Positions 20,856 to 30,857 of a stretch of 64,000 nt of DNA are shown here, in pieces. The stretch is taken from contig JBGTMQ010000015.1 in NCBI GenBank assembly GCA_041743505.1, forward strand, positions 13,531-77,530. The letters are read 5' to 3'. The position numbers were made by a program, and so were the translations under genes. This DNA is from Candidatus Saccharimonadia bacterium. Lineage in GTDB: Bacteria > Patescibacteriota > Saccharimonadia > UBA4664. The stretch's first letter is position 1; the number at the start of each line of letters is the position of its first letter. Under the pieces are notes generated by a model. That model did no database searches, was not told the origin of the DNA, and saw only the letters and a list, made by a program, of their open reading frames with translations.

Positions 20856-21059
20856 ATGAACGAACCCATAATGTTCGACTGCCGGTTATATGTCTCAACG
20901 CTAGGACCAATCCGCCCGGTCCTTACACAAGAAACTGGCCCATATAAATCCATTGAGTTTGCTCCCATTGAGTACAACAAACTAGTAGATCCGAGTTTCC
21001 GCCAGTTAATCGAAGCCTTCGAAACATTGCCGCAACCCCTCCAAATTGTGCAGGTCTAA
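20856..21059 (+). CDS. Small hypothetical protein directly behind lexA
   Basis: ATG 2 nt after the lexA stop; no family recognised. Confidence 0.45.
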   Translation: MNEPIMFDCRLYVSTLGPIRPVLTQETGPYKSIEFAPIEYNKLVDPSFRQLIEAFETLPQPLQIVQV

Positions 21060-21162
21060 GAGGGGTGGAGCGAAGGTTTTCGTCCTGCGAAGAGAAAGTG
21101 CGGTCACCCGTTCGCTTTCGAGTGAGCAGGACAAAGCCGAAGCAATAACTGAAGTCTGAACA

Positions 21163-21897
21163 CTAGTCCCGCCGACGCAGCGTAGCGGCACCAGCAGCCA
21201 GTGCTACGAGCGCAAAAGCACCGATGATAAGCAAATCGAAGACGAGATCACTCGTCCAGCCGGAATGCTCGGTGATATTTTTCATCGCATCGACACTGTA
21301 GGTAAGTGGCAATACACTTGATATCCACTGTAAAACTTCTGCCATCTTTTCACGGTCGATAAACAGCCCGCATATCAAAATCTGGGGTAGCGCAAAAGCC
21401 GGCAGGAACTGAACCGCCTGGAATTCATTACGGGCAAAGGCGCTCACGAATAATCCGAGCGCCATCCCCAATAACCCGGTAATCACCGCCGTCACAAACA
21501 CCGGCAAGGCTCCAGCCTCTACGGTTACCTCAAGTAGGCCGAGCGTAACCCAGCTGGCTAGCATGCTTTGAATTAGCGCCAAAAAAGTAAAAGCCAGTGC
21601 ATACCCGAGCAGCAAATCAAGACGCGACATCGGCAAAGTCATCAGCCGCTCAAGCGTGCCGGCCGTCCGCTCCCGAAGCGTAGCCACCGACGACACTACG
21701 AACATGACCACGAAGGGGAATATGCCAAGCAGCATCGGCGCCAAGTTATTAAATGCGGCCGGCGCATCATTAAAAACGTACTTAAACAGCGTAATAAGAA
21801 CGCAGGGCACTACCAGCACCAACGCCAAAGTCCGCGGATCATGGCGCAATTGCAACAGCACCCGGGCAGCAGTAGCAAAAATCCTTCTCAGACTCAT
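21163..21897 (-). CDS. ABC-2 transporter permease
   Basis: RHDPRT, RERTAGTLERL, LPLTY motifs. Confidence 0.92.
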   Translation of the reverse strand: MSLRRIFATAARVLLQLRHDPRTLALVLVVPCVLITLFKYVFNDAPAAFNNLAPMLLGIFPFVVMFVVSSVATLRERTAGTLERLMTLPMSRLDLLLGYALAFTFLALIQSMLASWVTLGLLEVTVEAGALPVFVTAVITGLLGMALGLFVSAFARNEFQAVQFLPAFALPQILICGLFIDREKMAEVLQWISSVLPLTYSVDAMKNITEHSGWTSDLVFDLLIIGAFALVALAAGAATLRRRD

Positions 21898-22604
21898 TTG
21901 GCTGCTCCCACAAGTTTAATAAACGCAGCCTCAATTGAGGCGGTTTGTGTTCTAACCTGTAGCTCCTTCGGCGTACCCAGGGCCAACAGCCGCCCATCAC
22001 GCAGCAGCATCAGTTGGTCGCAATGGTCAGCTTCATCCATCGCATGGCTCGAAACCAGGATAGTGATGCCGGCCTTCGTCAGCGCCCGGAACTGACCCCA
22101 GAGCTGGGCCCGCAAGATAGGGTCCACCCCAACGGTCGGCTCATCCAGCACCAATAGCTTGGGGTGACCGAGCAAGGCTACAGCCAGCGACGCCCGCGAC
22201 CGCTGGCCGCCGGATAGTTTACTAGCCAGCTGGCCCGCCTGCGCTGTCAGCCCCACATCAGCTAGCACGGCCTCAACCCGCGAGCCAGGCACCCCGGACA
22301 TGGCAGCGAAGTAACGCAGGTTTTCCGCCACCGTTAAGTCACCATACACCGAAGGGGCTTGGGTAACGTAGCCGATTTCCCGGCGAAGCGCAGACGACCC
22401 GGCCGGCTGGCCCAACACCGTCACACTGCCGGGCTTAATGCGCTGCAGCCCCACAATCGCCCGCATCAGCGTGGTTTTGCCCGCGCCGGACGGCCCTAGC
22501 AGTCCGATAACCTGCCCGGTCGGCAGTTCGGCCGTAATATTCTCCAAAATCGGCTGCTTGTCGCGGGCTACTGACAGCGAATTAAGCTTAATGGCCGCAT
22601 TCAT
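21894..22604 (-). CDS. ABC transporter ATP-binding protein
   Basis: GPSGAGKT, LSGGQ, LDEPT. Confidence 0.95.
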   Translation of the reverse strand: MNAAIKLNSLSVARDKQPILENITAELPTGQVIGLLGPSGAGKTTLMRAIVGLQRIKPGSVTVLGQPAGSSALRREIGYVTQAPSVYGDLTVAENLRYFAAMSGVPGSRVEAVLADVGLTAQAGQLASKLSGGQRSRASLAVALLGHPKLLVLDEPTVGVDPILRAQLWGQFRALTKAGITILVSSHAMDEADHCDQLMLLRDGRLLALGTPKELQVRTQTASIEAAFIKLVGAAK

Positions 22605-22622
22605 GCTATTATCATATCACGC

Positions 22623-23198
22623 TTATGCTTGACTTACCCGAGACAGTTCTCGCAACATTGCCTCCGCTCGCCGGTGCAAAGCTTCCCGCCCGGCATCGTT
22701 GCTAATGGTCACGTCCGCCATCGCCAGCACCTCTGCCATATTCGTTGCGTTAGGATTAGTGCTAGTGTCTTCAGCACTCACCTGAAGCTTAAACTCCTCA
22801 AATGTCACATGGTCTTTATCCCCGCTCCGCTCCTGTGCTCGCTTGTAGCGCAGCTCAAGGGGCAGATCCAGGGCTACAATCGTCCCGCCGTCCCGCTTAA
22901 CTACCTCAACCTCGTGAGGGTTACGCATGCCGCTAATAACCAAGTGCTTGGCGTCACTGCGCACAGCCAGCTCGGCCAAATAGCCAGGGCCATGCTCGGT
23001 GCGCAAGAAGTTACCAACCTGCTGCAGCAACGGGCGGGTCGCCTCACCCAAATTATTTTCCAAAATATAAAACCGCAAAAAATCGCCTGTCGATACATGT
23101 ACAAATCCATACTGCTCTACGAGGTATGCGGCCAAGGTGTCTTTGCCGGTCAATGGTTTACCGACCAGGCCGATCTTCATCGGGGGTAGTTTTGTCAT
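22623..23198 (-). CDS. P-loop nucleotide kinase (dephospho-CoA/NMP-kinase-like)
   Basis: GKPLTGKDT, GMRNPHE, AD..ISND. Confidence 0.8.
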   Translation of the reverse strand: MTKLPPMKIGLVGKPLTGKDTLAAYLVEQYGFVHVSTGDFLRFYILENNLGEATRPLLQQVGNFLRTEHGPGYLAELAVRSDAKHLVISGMRNPHEVEVVKRDGGTIVALDLPLELRYKRAQERSGDKDHVTFEEFKLQVSAEDTSTNPNATNMAEVLAMADVTISNDAGREALHRRAEAMLRELSRVSQA

Positions 23199-23267
23199 GG
23201 CCCCATTCTAACCTGGTAATTGTGGCTATGTCCAAGGTTATTACGGGTGGGTACGCTATAATCGCTA

Positions 23268-24017
23268 GTGAAACAGGAGACGCCTATGCCTGCCTCAGCA
23301 GAAAAAACGCTCAGCCCAACCACCGGCAACATCCAGCGTGAAAATCACAGATCCCACCGGTCGGCCTGGCTGCGGGCGGCGGTTCTTGGCGCCGACGACG
23401 GTATCGTATCTACGGCCAGTCTAATGCTGGGTGTGGCCGGCGCCCTCGCGGACAAACCGGCCATCCTAACCGCCGGCCTGGCCGGCCTTATCGCCGGCGC
23501 CCTGTCCATGGCCGTAGGCGAGTACGTGTCGGTGGGCTCCCAGCGCGACTCCGAGAACGCCGACCTGGTCATCGAGGCGCGGGAGCTCAAAGCCTTCGCC
23601 GGCGAGGAACTAGAGGAGCTCAAACAAATCTACGTCGATCGCGGCCTCACTCCCGAGCTGGCTCACCAGGTCGCCACCCAGCTCCACGAGCGGGACGCTC
23701 TGACCGCCCACGCCCGCGACGAGCTTGGCATTGACCATGAAGACCTGTCCAACCCAACTCAGGCCGCCGTCAGCTCGGCCCTGTCCTTCGCGGGTGGCGC
23801 CGCCCTGCCCCTCATTGCCGCCATGCTGTTCACGGGTGCAGCCAGCTCCTGGGCTATCGTCATCACCGCCTTAATTGCGCTCGGTATCCTTGGCGCACTC
23901 GGCGCGGTGGTCGGCGGCGGCAACAAGGTCCGGGCCGCCCTGCGCGTTTTGGTGGGCGGCAGCGTCGCCATGGCCGTCACCTATCTGGTTGGGAGCCTGG
24001 TGGGTACCCACCTCTAA
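23268..24017 (+). CDS. VIT1/CCC1 family Fe/Mn transporter
   Basis: WLRAAVLGADDGIVS, SMAVGEYVSV, HARDELG. Confidence 0.93.
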   Translation: MKQETPMPASAEKTLSPTTGNIQRENHRSHRSAWLRAAVLGADDGIVSTASLMLGVAGALADKPAILTAGLAGLIAGALSMAVGEYVSVGSQRDSENADLVIEARELKAFAGEELEELKQIYVDRGLTPELAHQVATQLHERDALTAHARDELGIDHEDLSNPTQAAVSSALSFAGGAALPLIAAMLFTGAASSWAIVITALIALGILGALGAVVGGGNKVRAALRVLVGGSVAMAVTYLVGSLVGTHL

Positions 24018-24209
24018 AAAGAGCCGGGCCGGCTTATGACGCGGCGAAGGCTGCCGCCCGCTCCATCCCATCCCATGGGCGTATGGTAGTCTTCTGCTTG
24101 GCATTGGGCAAAAGCTTGAGTTGACTAAATAGTCACTATATCGTACACTCATTATCGCATTCAGGTCTCTGCCATGTTCGTCCGGACACTACACCCTGGA
24201 GGCTTTCAC

Positions 24210-24629
24210 ATGGACTTCCTCAGCGGCGTTATGAAGCCGCTTGGCGAATTACCGCTCGATGAACGCCAGAAGCTGGCCCGGCTTTTGCAACTGCGCAACG
24301 AATATCTCGACGCCACCAGCAAACTCAACCAGCTCAAGATCAATCAGCTGCTCAATCCCACGCCCAGCGGTGACCAGGACATCGTCGACTTCACCAGGAT
24401 CACGGTCGCACCCGTCCGCCATAGCATGAACGAGGCGCAGGCAGAGGTGTTCAAGACTAGCGTGAACCTCGACGAACTTATGGGATTTCTGCCAGTCGTC
24501 CTACTGGGGCTGCTCCAGCACGTAAATGTGAGCCTGATGCTTGCGACCATTGGCATCGATTCCGACCAAATCGCCGATGTAGTCGGAAAGATCAAAGAGT
24601 ACGTCACCGAACGGTTGGGCGACTCGTAA
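24210..24629 (+). CDS. Orphan hypothetical protein
   Basis: TTGACT-17-TACACT promoter at 24121, GGAGG SD, downstream hairpin. Confidence 0.7.
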   Translation: MDFLSGVMKPLGELPLDERQKLARLLQLRNEYLDATSKLNQLKINQLLNPTPSGDQDIVDFTRITVAPVRHSMNEAQAEVFKTSVNLDELMGFLPVVLLGLLQHVNVSLMLATIGIDSDQIADVVGKIKEYVTERLGDS

Positions 24630-24644
24630 CCCGCCCAAAGTTAA

Positions 24645-24673
24645 ATGCCCCCACGGAAGTTCCGTGGGGGCAT
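24645..24673. terminator. Hairpin between convergent genes
   Basis: ATGCCCCCACGGAA-G-TTCCGTGGGGGCAT. Confidence 0.7.
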
Positions 24674-24693
24674 CTTTAGCTTCTGATTCTATG

Positions 24694-25596
24694 TCAGCTC
24701 ACCAGCATGGGGATCTGGTAAGGCTCGGCCGAGTCGAGGCTCGACCCCTTGGCCCGCAGCATGGTGGCCTTACGGGGGCCGTCAAACAGCCGCCGGAAAT
24801 CGACGAAGAAGTCGCCATTGGCCATCAGCACGCTAGCCAGCTCAACGCCGACCACCCGGTTTGGCAGCACTGCCGCCAGATCCGGGTGAATCAAGTCGAG
24901 CTCACTGTAGTGCACCCGTCCCCCAACATCGAACTCGTCGGTCCCGACAATCAGCCGGTGATTGACGTCGACGGGGTGGCGGAACTGCGGAATCTCGCCG
25001 TGAGCATCGATTGCAGGCATCCGCAAGACCTCATAATCCCGCGGATCGTAGCAAATCGCTACCGGCTCGGCTTTCTGGCCGCCGGTCTGGCCAGGGAAAC
25101 AACCAATGGCCAGTGCGTCGTCCGGGTGCTCCCGGAGGTAGTAGTCCAGCAACGCCGCCCCAATGTTCGGCCGCAGCTCCGGCTTGACCAGCTGGAAGGC
25201 GATGCTGATCTCCTGTGCAGTGGCCTGGTTGGCCACCACCCAGGTGTAGATACCCGACTGAAACACGCTGACGCCCTTGGTTATGGCGCCAAATGAGCGG
25301 GTGCCACGACTCAGCGTCGGCGGGTTATATGCCGGCACCGCCGCCCACATGTCGTCCAGCAGGTGCCCAAGCGAGTTGGTGCGCAGGAAGTTTTCCTGGG
25401 TCAAAGGACGGTCCTCAGCCACGGGAATGTGCAGAATGATGGCATTGGCTTCTGCGCGCCCGCCGGTGTAACGACTCTGGCGCCTCGGCTCGTTGCCATA
25501 GAGCACCAGGTGCTGCGGCCTACCATTTCGGGTGACACGGGCGCCGGCAATCGTTGTGGTACCAAAGCTGGTATCAGGCAATAATGCTACACACAT
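24694..25596 (-). CDS. Hypothetical protein (NAxxLHxP / PAIDAHG motifs)
   Basis: 300-aa ORF with AGGAG SD and TTGATT-17-TATAAT promoter. Confidence 0.75.
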   Translation of the reverse strand: MCVALLPDTSFGTTTIAGARVTRNGRPQHLVLYGNEPRRQSRYTGGRAEANAIILHIPVAEDRPLTQENFLRTNSLGHLLDDMWAAVPAYNPPTLSRGTRSFGAITKGVSVFQSGIYTWVVANQATAQEISIAFQLVKPELRPNIGAALLDYYLREHPDDALAIGCFPGQTGGQKAEPVAICYDPRDYEVLRMPAIDAHGEIPQFRHPVDVNHRLIVGTDEFDVGGRVHYSELDLIHPDLAAVLPNRVVGVELASVLMANGDFFVDFRRLFDGPRKATMLRAKGSSLDSAEPYQIPMLVS

Positions 25597-25683
25597 CGGA
25601 GACTCCTAAAAGGTCTCGACAGTTGGACTGTAATATTATAACACGTTTAAAATATTTAATCAATAGAAAAGGCCGGATAGATT

Positions 25684-26193
25684 TTAGCGGAGTAAACGAC
25701 GCTTCTCAGCCGCGTACTCAGCCTCGGTCAAGTGACCACGCTCCTTCAGCATTGCCAGTCGCTCCAATTCCTCCAGGTAACTCTCGGTTTGCTCACTCTC
25801 TGGGCTCGCAGCCTTAGTATGACCCGCCAGATGGCTTTGAATAATGCGATGTAGTTCCTGGACGCCCTCGAATGATCCAAGCAGCATTTTACTCGAGTCA
25901 TTACCGGTTGATATCACCAGCGAGCCGTGAGTAGCGCGGGCTCCTTTTGTCACCGAGACGTTATTAATCTTCGTGTACGGTATCTCAGTCACCGACTTAA
26001 TAAGCCAGCCCTTGTGCAGAATAATCGAAGTATCGGTCGCCACAACCTTTGTATTGAAGTAATACAGCAAACTGGCCAGGATGATGATCAGTCCCAAACC
26101 AAATACGGGTGTGAGCAAAACGCCAATAAAAATTCCCAAATAAAGATTGCTCTTCGCCGGCTTAAATACTTGTCCCTGTGTGGCTGGGTCCAT
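25684..26193 (-). CDS. Membrane protein with bacterial PH domain and C-terminal SHOCT
   Basis: EIPYTKINNVSV; ELERLAMLKERGHLTEAEYAAEKRRLL. Confidence 0.85.
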   Translation of the reverse strand: MDPATQGQVFKPAKSNLYLGIFIGVLLTPVFGLGLIIILASLLYYFNTKVVATDTSIILHKGWLIKSVTEIPYTKINNVSVTKGARATHGSLVISTGNDSSKMLLGSFEGVQELHRIIQSHLAGHTKAASPESEQTESYLEELERLAMLKERGHLTEAEYAAEKRRLLR

Positions 26194-26298
26194 TGGTGGC
26201 TCCTCATTGTGGTTAATTGTAGCCTAGCCACACCACTTTCGTCCATTTAGCTAAGGCCCGGGATAGGAGTAATCTCCTTCCCGGGCCTTGTTCATCCC

Positions 26299-26868
26299 CT
26301 ATGGGTTCTCCCATGAATTCTCGGACTCACGCTGGTCCCGCAGACTCCGCACATACCGCTCTTGCCGCTTGATGCCGAACCCCAGAAGAGTCCCAATAAC
26401 TACCGCCGAGCCCACCGCAAGAAATGCCGCGAGCAAACCGTAGTCACCAATCCGGTAGGGCTCGCGGGGACCGTAGCGGTCGTAGCGGATATCGCCGGTC
26501 ACGTAGCTGTCACCGGTACGGGTGTTACGCCAGACATTTGCGGTATGCCGCTCGCTGTCCGTCTGGTACATCAAAACCTTGATAGTTGCGCCATATGAGT
26601 CGACCACCGTCACTTGCTGCACGGGTTCCGTGAAATTTCTGGGGACCAGACCACCCCGGTCTGTAATGAGGCTCACATGCGGCGTGCCCCATTCGGCCTT
26701 TGACGCTCGCAGTTCGTTGGCCTCCGTGGACAGGATCCAGTTGAAGCCCACCGCGGACATGATAGCTGCGATCACCAGCCCGGTCAGACCACCCCAGAGC
26801 ATGCCATAACGGCTGCCTGGGAGCTTCGCTGAACGCGGGAGCGTGGAGGGTTGAGTCAATGCGCTCAC
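26299..26868 (-). CDS. Two-TM hypothetical protein
   Basis: Two hydrophobic helices; promoter TTGCAT-17-TATTAT; hairpin at about 26253-26289. Confidence 0.65.
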   Translation of the reverse strand: MSALTQPSTLPRSAKLPGSRYGMLWGGLTGLVIAAIMSAVGFNWILSTEANELRASKAEWGTPHVSLITDRGGLVPRNFTEPVQQVTVVDSYGATIKVLMYQTDSERHTANVWRNTRTGDSYVTGDIRYDRYGPREPYRIGDYGLLAAFLAVGSAVVIGTLLGFGIKRQERYVRSLRDQRESENSWENP

Positions 26869-26990
26869 CTGCTTCTCATTTGGGGTACGCCCGGCATGTA
26901 TAGACGGGTATTACATAATAATATCATAAAATGCCGATTAATGCAATAAATATCGCGGCGGTGGGGTTTCCCTACCGCCGCTTCGTTCGT

Positions 26991-27110
26991 CTACTCTGAT
27001 GCCTCAGCCCCCTCAGGCCGTACTATGCTCAGCCCAACCGGCGTAATCTGGTACATCCGCCTTGGCATAGGGAGACATGGGCCCCTCCCTTGAGAAGTAG
27101 CAAATCGCAT
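26991..27110 (-). pseudogene. 39-aa ORF carrying a PadR C-terminal wing fragment
   Basis: TGATG overlap with the upstream gene; PRRMYQITPVG resembles RRRLYQITPDG of the PadR at 35522. Confidence 0.35.
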
Positions 27111-27451
27111 CAAAGTGTACTATTCACCCGTGCCAAATCAGGATGCCGACGAGCCAGTTCCTGCCAGAGTGTCTGGTGAACGATATTAGCGAGAACATCG
27201 TCCCATGTAGTAGCCTCATTCGAATCAAACTCAAATCGCTCAGGCGGACGAATATATTGGCGCTTTAGTTCCTCCAGGAGTGCAGCCCGATGGGCAACTA
27301 ATGGCGCCCAAGCAGCGTATGCTTTGTGAAGCGCCTCCGTGAAATCTATAATCTGAGAGTCAAAATTCTTCCGCCACTCCTTGGCGCTATCCCGGCACCG
27401 TTCGGCCGCTTCCTGCAAAATACCGTCAATAACTTTAGCACCGCTTGTCAT
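27110..27451 (-). CDS. Hypothetical helical protein
   Basis: ORF with GGAG SD. Confidence 0.6.
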   Translation of the reverse strand: MTSGAKVIDGILQEAAERCRDSAKEWRKNFDSQIIDFTEALHKAYAAWAPLVAHRAALLEELKRQYIRPPERFEFDSNEATTWDDVLANIVHQTLWQELARRHPDLARVNSTL

Positions 27452-27625
27452 GGAATCCGCTCCAAACCTGGGGAATGAACTACAACAAGCGAAATTATAC
27501 TTCCTTATAGCCACTTTTTAAACAGTAAAAGCATCATATTTTGACAAAAAGTGAATAATAAAGTATAATAGTATAGTCCTACACCAACCTGTGGCCATAC
27601 AGGGCTGACTGGAAGCGAGTTTACC

Positions 27626-28057
27626 ATGCCCCTCCTCGTCTCGTTCACCGCTGGAAACTATCTCCACTCACATATCTTCGAGCAGCTGGAAGCACCTGGT
27701 ACAAAGCAGGCGGTTCTCGACCTTCAAGCAAGAGCTGCTGAGGAGTACAGTTTCTCGAATGTCATCATCGGCGGATGGGATGTACTGCCCGGTCATATGT
27801 CATTCCCGGCGAGACTCGGAGGTCGCTATGACTACTTCGTGACCTACCGCCTTGGCAAGCCGAATGACACGGGTCATGGCACCTCGCACCTATCGAGCGA
27901 TATGCTGATCACTTCCACCTTGGCCCTCCGGTCAGTTGAAGAGGGTCTTCGCTCAGAAGGCCGCTACAGCTGGCTGCGCTTGGTCAGCTGCAAGGCCTTG
28001 TTCGGATCGACCCCTGTGCCTTGGACACCCTACAAGAAGCACGAGGCTGCCGTCTAA
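27626..28057 (+). CDS. Orphan hypothetical protein
   Basis: Perfect TTGACA-17-TATAAT at 27541-27569; terminator with T-tract at about 28133-28160. Confidence 0.7.
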   Translation: MPLLVSFTAGNYLHSHIFEQLEAPGTKQAVLDLQARAAEEYSFSNVIIGGWDVLPGHMSFPARLGGRYDYFVTYRLGKPNDTGHGTSHLSSDMLITSTLALRSVEEGLRSEGRYSWLRLVSCKALFGSTPVPWTPYKKHEAAV

Positions 28058-28180
28058 CCGTTAACAACAGCAAGCCGTCGGGATTTATCAGTTACCCGTA
28101 ATCAAAACTGTTCGGTTGAGGCTCTGCCTCCATCCCGCCACCGTAAGGGCGGGTTTTTTTGTAAAAACGACAGCCGCTGG

Positions 28181-29221
28181 TTAGCGTTTCCGGCTGTCGT
28201 CCCGAATTTCACCCACCAACTCCTCCAGTACATCCTCCAGCGCCACCACGCCGATCACCTGGTTGCCCCGCCCGGTAACCTGGGCCAGATGGGTATTCAG
28301 ACGCTGCATGTTCGTCAAAGTCGCCCGAAGCGACGCCCGTTGCTTCACTTCAATCAATGGACGAATAACTTCCTTTGGAATCCGCGCCTCATGCTTGCTC
28401 TCGGGTATGCTCAAAATATCCTTTAGGTGAACATAGCCGAGCAGCCCGTCCCGGTCATTGCGCATCGGAAAACGGGAATAGCCGGTGGCCGCGGCCAGCT
28501 CCTCTACCTCAGCCGGGGTAGTCTCGGGTGATATGGTCACCAGCCCGTCGTGAGGCAGCAGCACTGAGCTAACGGTTCGTTCATCAAACCGCAGCGCACC
28601 GGCTAGTAAGTTACCTTCATCCTCGCTCAATAAACCTTCGCGCTGCGACTCCTTTACAAAGCCGGCTACTTCATCCCGGGTGAATGTGCTGGTTATTTCG
28701 GGCTTAGGCTTGATGCCTAGTAGCCGCAAGCCGCCGTTCGCCAGGGCGTTCATTACCAGCACTACCGGCTTGATAACCCGCACAATAAACGCCAAAGCCG
28801 GCGTCAGCATCAGCGCTGTCCGGTCCGGATTGGCCAATGCCAGGTTCTTAGGCACCATTTCACCAATAACCACGTGCAGATAAACCATTACCACCAATGC
28901 CACTACCAGTGAAGTTGGGTGCAGCAGCGCCTCAGGCACATTGAGGGCATGGAACGGCCCCTCCAACAAATGAGCAAACACCGGTTCGCCCACCGCGCCT
29001 AAGATCAGCGAGCACAGGGTTACGCCTAGCTGCGCCCCCGCTAGCATCAGCGAAACATGCTCCATTGCATCCAACGTAATCTTGGCCGCCCGGGATCCAC
29101 TCAAAGCCATCAGCTCAATGCTACTGCGCCGGGCCGACACCAGGCCAAACTCAGCTCCCACGAAGAAGGCGTTTCCCAGCAACATCAAAACGGCTATCAG
29201 AAGGGATAATTCAAAACTCAT
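28181..29221 (-). CDS. CNNM/CBS (hemolysin/CorB-like) protein
   Basis: FFVGAEF, AQLGVT, GEMVPKN, GYSRFP, LEDVLEELVGEI. Confidence 0.92.
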   Translation of the reverse strand: MSFELSLLIAVLMLLGNAFFVGAEFGLVSARRSSIELMALSGSRAAKITLDAMEHVSLMLAGAQLGVTLCSLILGAVGEPVFAHLLEGPFHALNVPEALLHPTSLVVALVVMVYLHVVIGEMVPKNLALANPDRTALMLTPALAFIVRVIKPVVLVMNALANGGLRLLGIKPKPEITSTFTRDEVAGFVKESQREGLLSEDEGNLLAGALRFDERTVSSVLLPHDGLVTISPETTPAEVEELAAATGYSRFPMRNDRDGLLGYVHLKDILSIPESKHEARIPKEVIRPLIEVKQRASLRATLTNMQRLNTHLAQVTGRGNQVIGVVALEDVLEELVGEIRDDSRKR

Positions 29222-30573
29222 CGCTGATACCCGCCTAGTTGGGCCTGGTCACGCACCGAGGACTTCATGAGCAGGCGGTCCACCCGTCGCCCGTCCATCC
29301 GCTCAACTTGGAGATGAATCTGAACCTTCTTGCCCTCACGATCCACCGCCACAATTTCCGCCACGTCACCTACCGAAGGTATCCGTTCCAGCCGGTCGCT
29401 TACTAAGCCGGCAATCGTCTCAAACTCTTCTTCGTCCGGCAGGAATATGCCCAGCTCTTCACCAATCTCATCCGGCCGCAACAGCCCGGACACCATCCAG
29501 CCGCCGCCTTCCCGCACACGAATGGCCGACCCAAGCCGGTCATGTTCATCCTGGACTTCGCCCACCAGCTCCTCAATCAAATCCTCAATCGTCACCACGC
29601 CGTCCGTGCCCCCGAATTCATCAATCACAATAGCCATCTGGAGGCCACCTTGGCGCAATCTCTCCAGCAGCGGGTCAAGCTGGATGCTGGAAGGCACAGC
29701 AATTGGGGTACGCATAATCCGTTCCACCGTAACCTGCGAGCGCTGGTCTTTGGGTATGCCCACCGCGTGCTTGATATGCACGATGCCCACAACATCGTCG
29801 AGATTCTTACGGATAACCGGAAAACGCGACAAGCCACTGTCGCGGGCCAGCGATAATACTTTCGCCACCGGGTCATCGGCTTGAAGGACGCGCATGCGTA
29901 CCCTGGGCGTCATAATATCAAGCGCCGTCAGCTCGCCAAACGCCAATGACCGCTCGAGCATCAGCGCCGTCTCCTTGGGTAGCGTGCCTTTCTCGGCCGA
30001 ACGGCGTACCAGCGAAGACAGCTCATCAGCTGAGCGGGCTGAGGCTAGCTCTTCAAGTGGCTCCACGCCGAAGCGCCGGAGCAAAAAATTAGCACTCTCA
30101 TTCAAAAACCAGATAGGGTACCGCATAATCCGGCTAAAGGTCCGCTGGAAACCTTGGACCCGCCGGGCGGTTCCCATTGGCTTGGCAATAGCCAGGTTCT
30201 TCGGTATGAGTTCACCAAACAACATGGTCGCGATCGTGGCCACGGCCACCCCAAGCATTATGGCCAGCGGCGTCACAGCCGATTCGGCCACACCCGCCAG
30301 CCGCAGCGGCGGCTCAATCAGCGACGCCACCGCCGGCTCAGCCAATAAACCAATCGCCAGGTTGGTAATCGTAATCCCGACCTGCGCTCCTGATAGCTGC
30401 GTTGACAGCGTTCTCAGCGCTGCCACCACTCCCTGTGCCTTAACATCTCCTTGAGTCGCCAGGCGGTCTATAGCCGACCGGTTTACCGTAATAAAAGAAA
30501 ATTCTGCCGCCACGAACACTCCGCAGGCGGCCATAAGCAATAACGCGATCAGCAGCAAAAATAGTTCTAGCAT
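29218..30573 (-). CDS. CNNM/CBS/CorC-HlyC (hemolysin-family) protein
   Basis: FVAAEF, GELIPKN, MTPR, DEFGGTDG, EDLIEELVGEVQDEHD. Confidence 0.93.
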   Translation of the reverse strand: MLELFLLLIALLLMAACGVFVAAEFSFITVNRSAIDRLATQGDVKAQGVVAALRTLSTQLSGAQVGITITNLAIGLLAEPAVASLIEPPLRLAGVAESAVTPLAIMLGVAVATIATMLFGELIPKNLAIAKPMGTARRVQGFQRTFSRIMRYPIWFLNESANFLLRRFGVEPLEELASARSADELSSLVRRSAEKGTLPKETALMLERSLAFGELTALDIMTPRVRMRVLQADDPVAKVLSLARDSGLSRFPVIRKNLDDVVGIVHIKHAVGIPKDQRSQVTVERIMRTPIAVPSSIQLDPLLERLRQGGLQMAIVIDEFGGTDGVVTIEDLIEELVGEVQDEHDRLGSAIRVREGGGWMVSGLLRPDEIGEELGIFLPDEEEFETIAGLVSDRLERIPSVGDVAEIVAVDREGKKVQIHLQVERMDGRRVDRLLMKSSVRDQAQLGGYQR

Positions 30574-30595
30574 CGGTTATATCTTAAGCGGGGAA

Positions 30596-30814
30596 GTGAA
30601 TCATATATACCAATCATACCACTGGGTAATCCGTCATCTTCAACCCGCAGCTTATCTGCCACCCGAAGCACTCGAGATCATCTTGCGAGCGCTGTTGCCT
30701 GGCTTCCTGACAGTCTTTGCACTTGGCATAGTGCTGCTACTCGCCGCCGCTATCGGCAAAACCATCATCAGGCGTCGAACTGGTCAAAGCGCACAATTAA
30801 AGCCGGAGAACTAG
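30596..30814 (+). CDS. Small membrane protein
   Basis: One long TM followed by a basic patch. Confidence 0.4.
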   Translation: MNHIYQSYHWVIRHLQPAAYLPPEALEIILRALLPGFLTVFALGIVLLLAAAIGKTIIRRRTGQSAQLKPEN

Positions 30815-30857
30815 GAGTTTACCCCTGGCTCTCCGGCCGGTATCACAACTTTTCGGT

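Noticed and set aside
28052-28123. attC-like site starting at the GTCTAAC stop overlap
   Set aside because: The downstream GTTGAGG is not a matching R' box, and other cassettes lack the pattern
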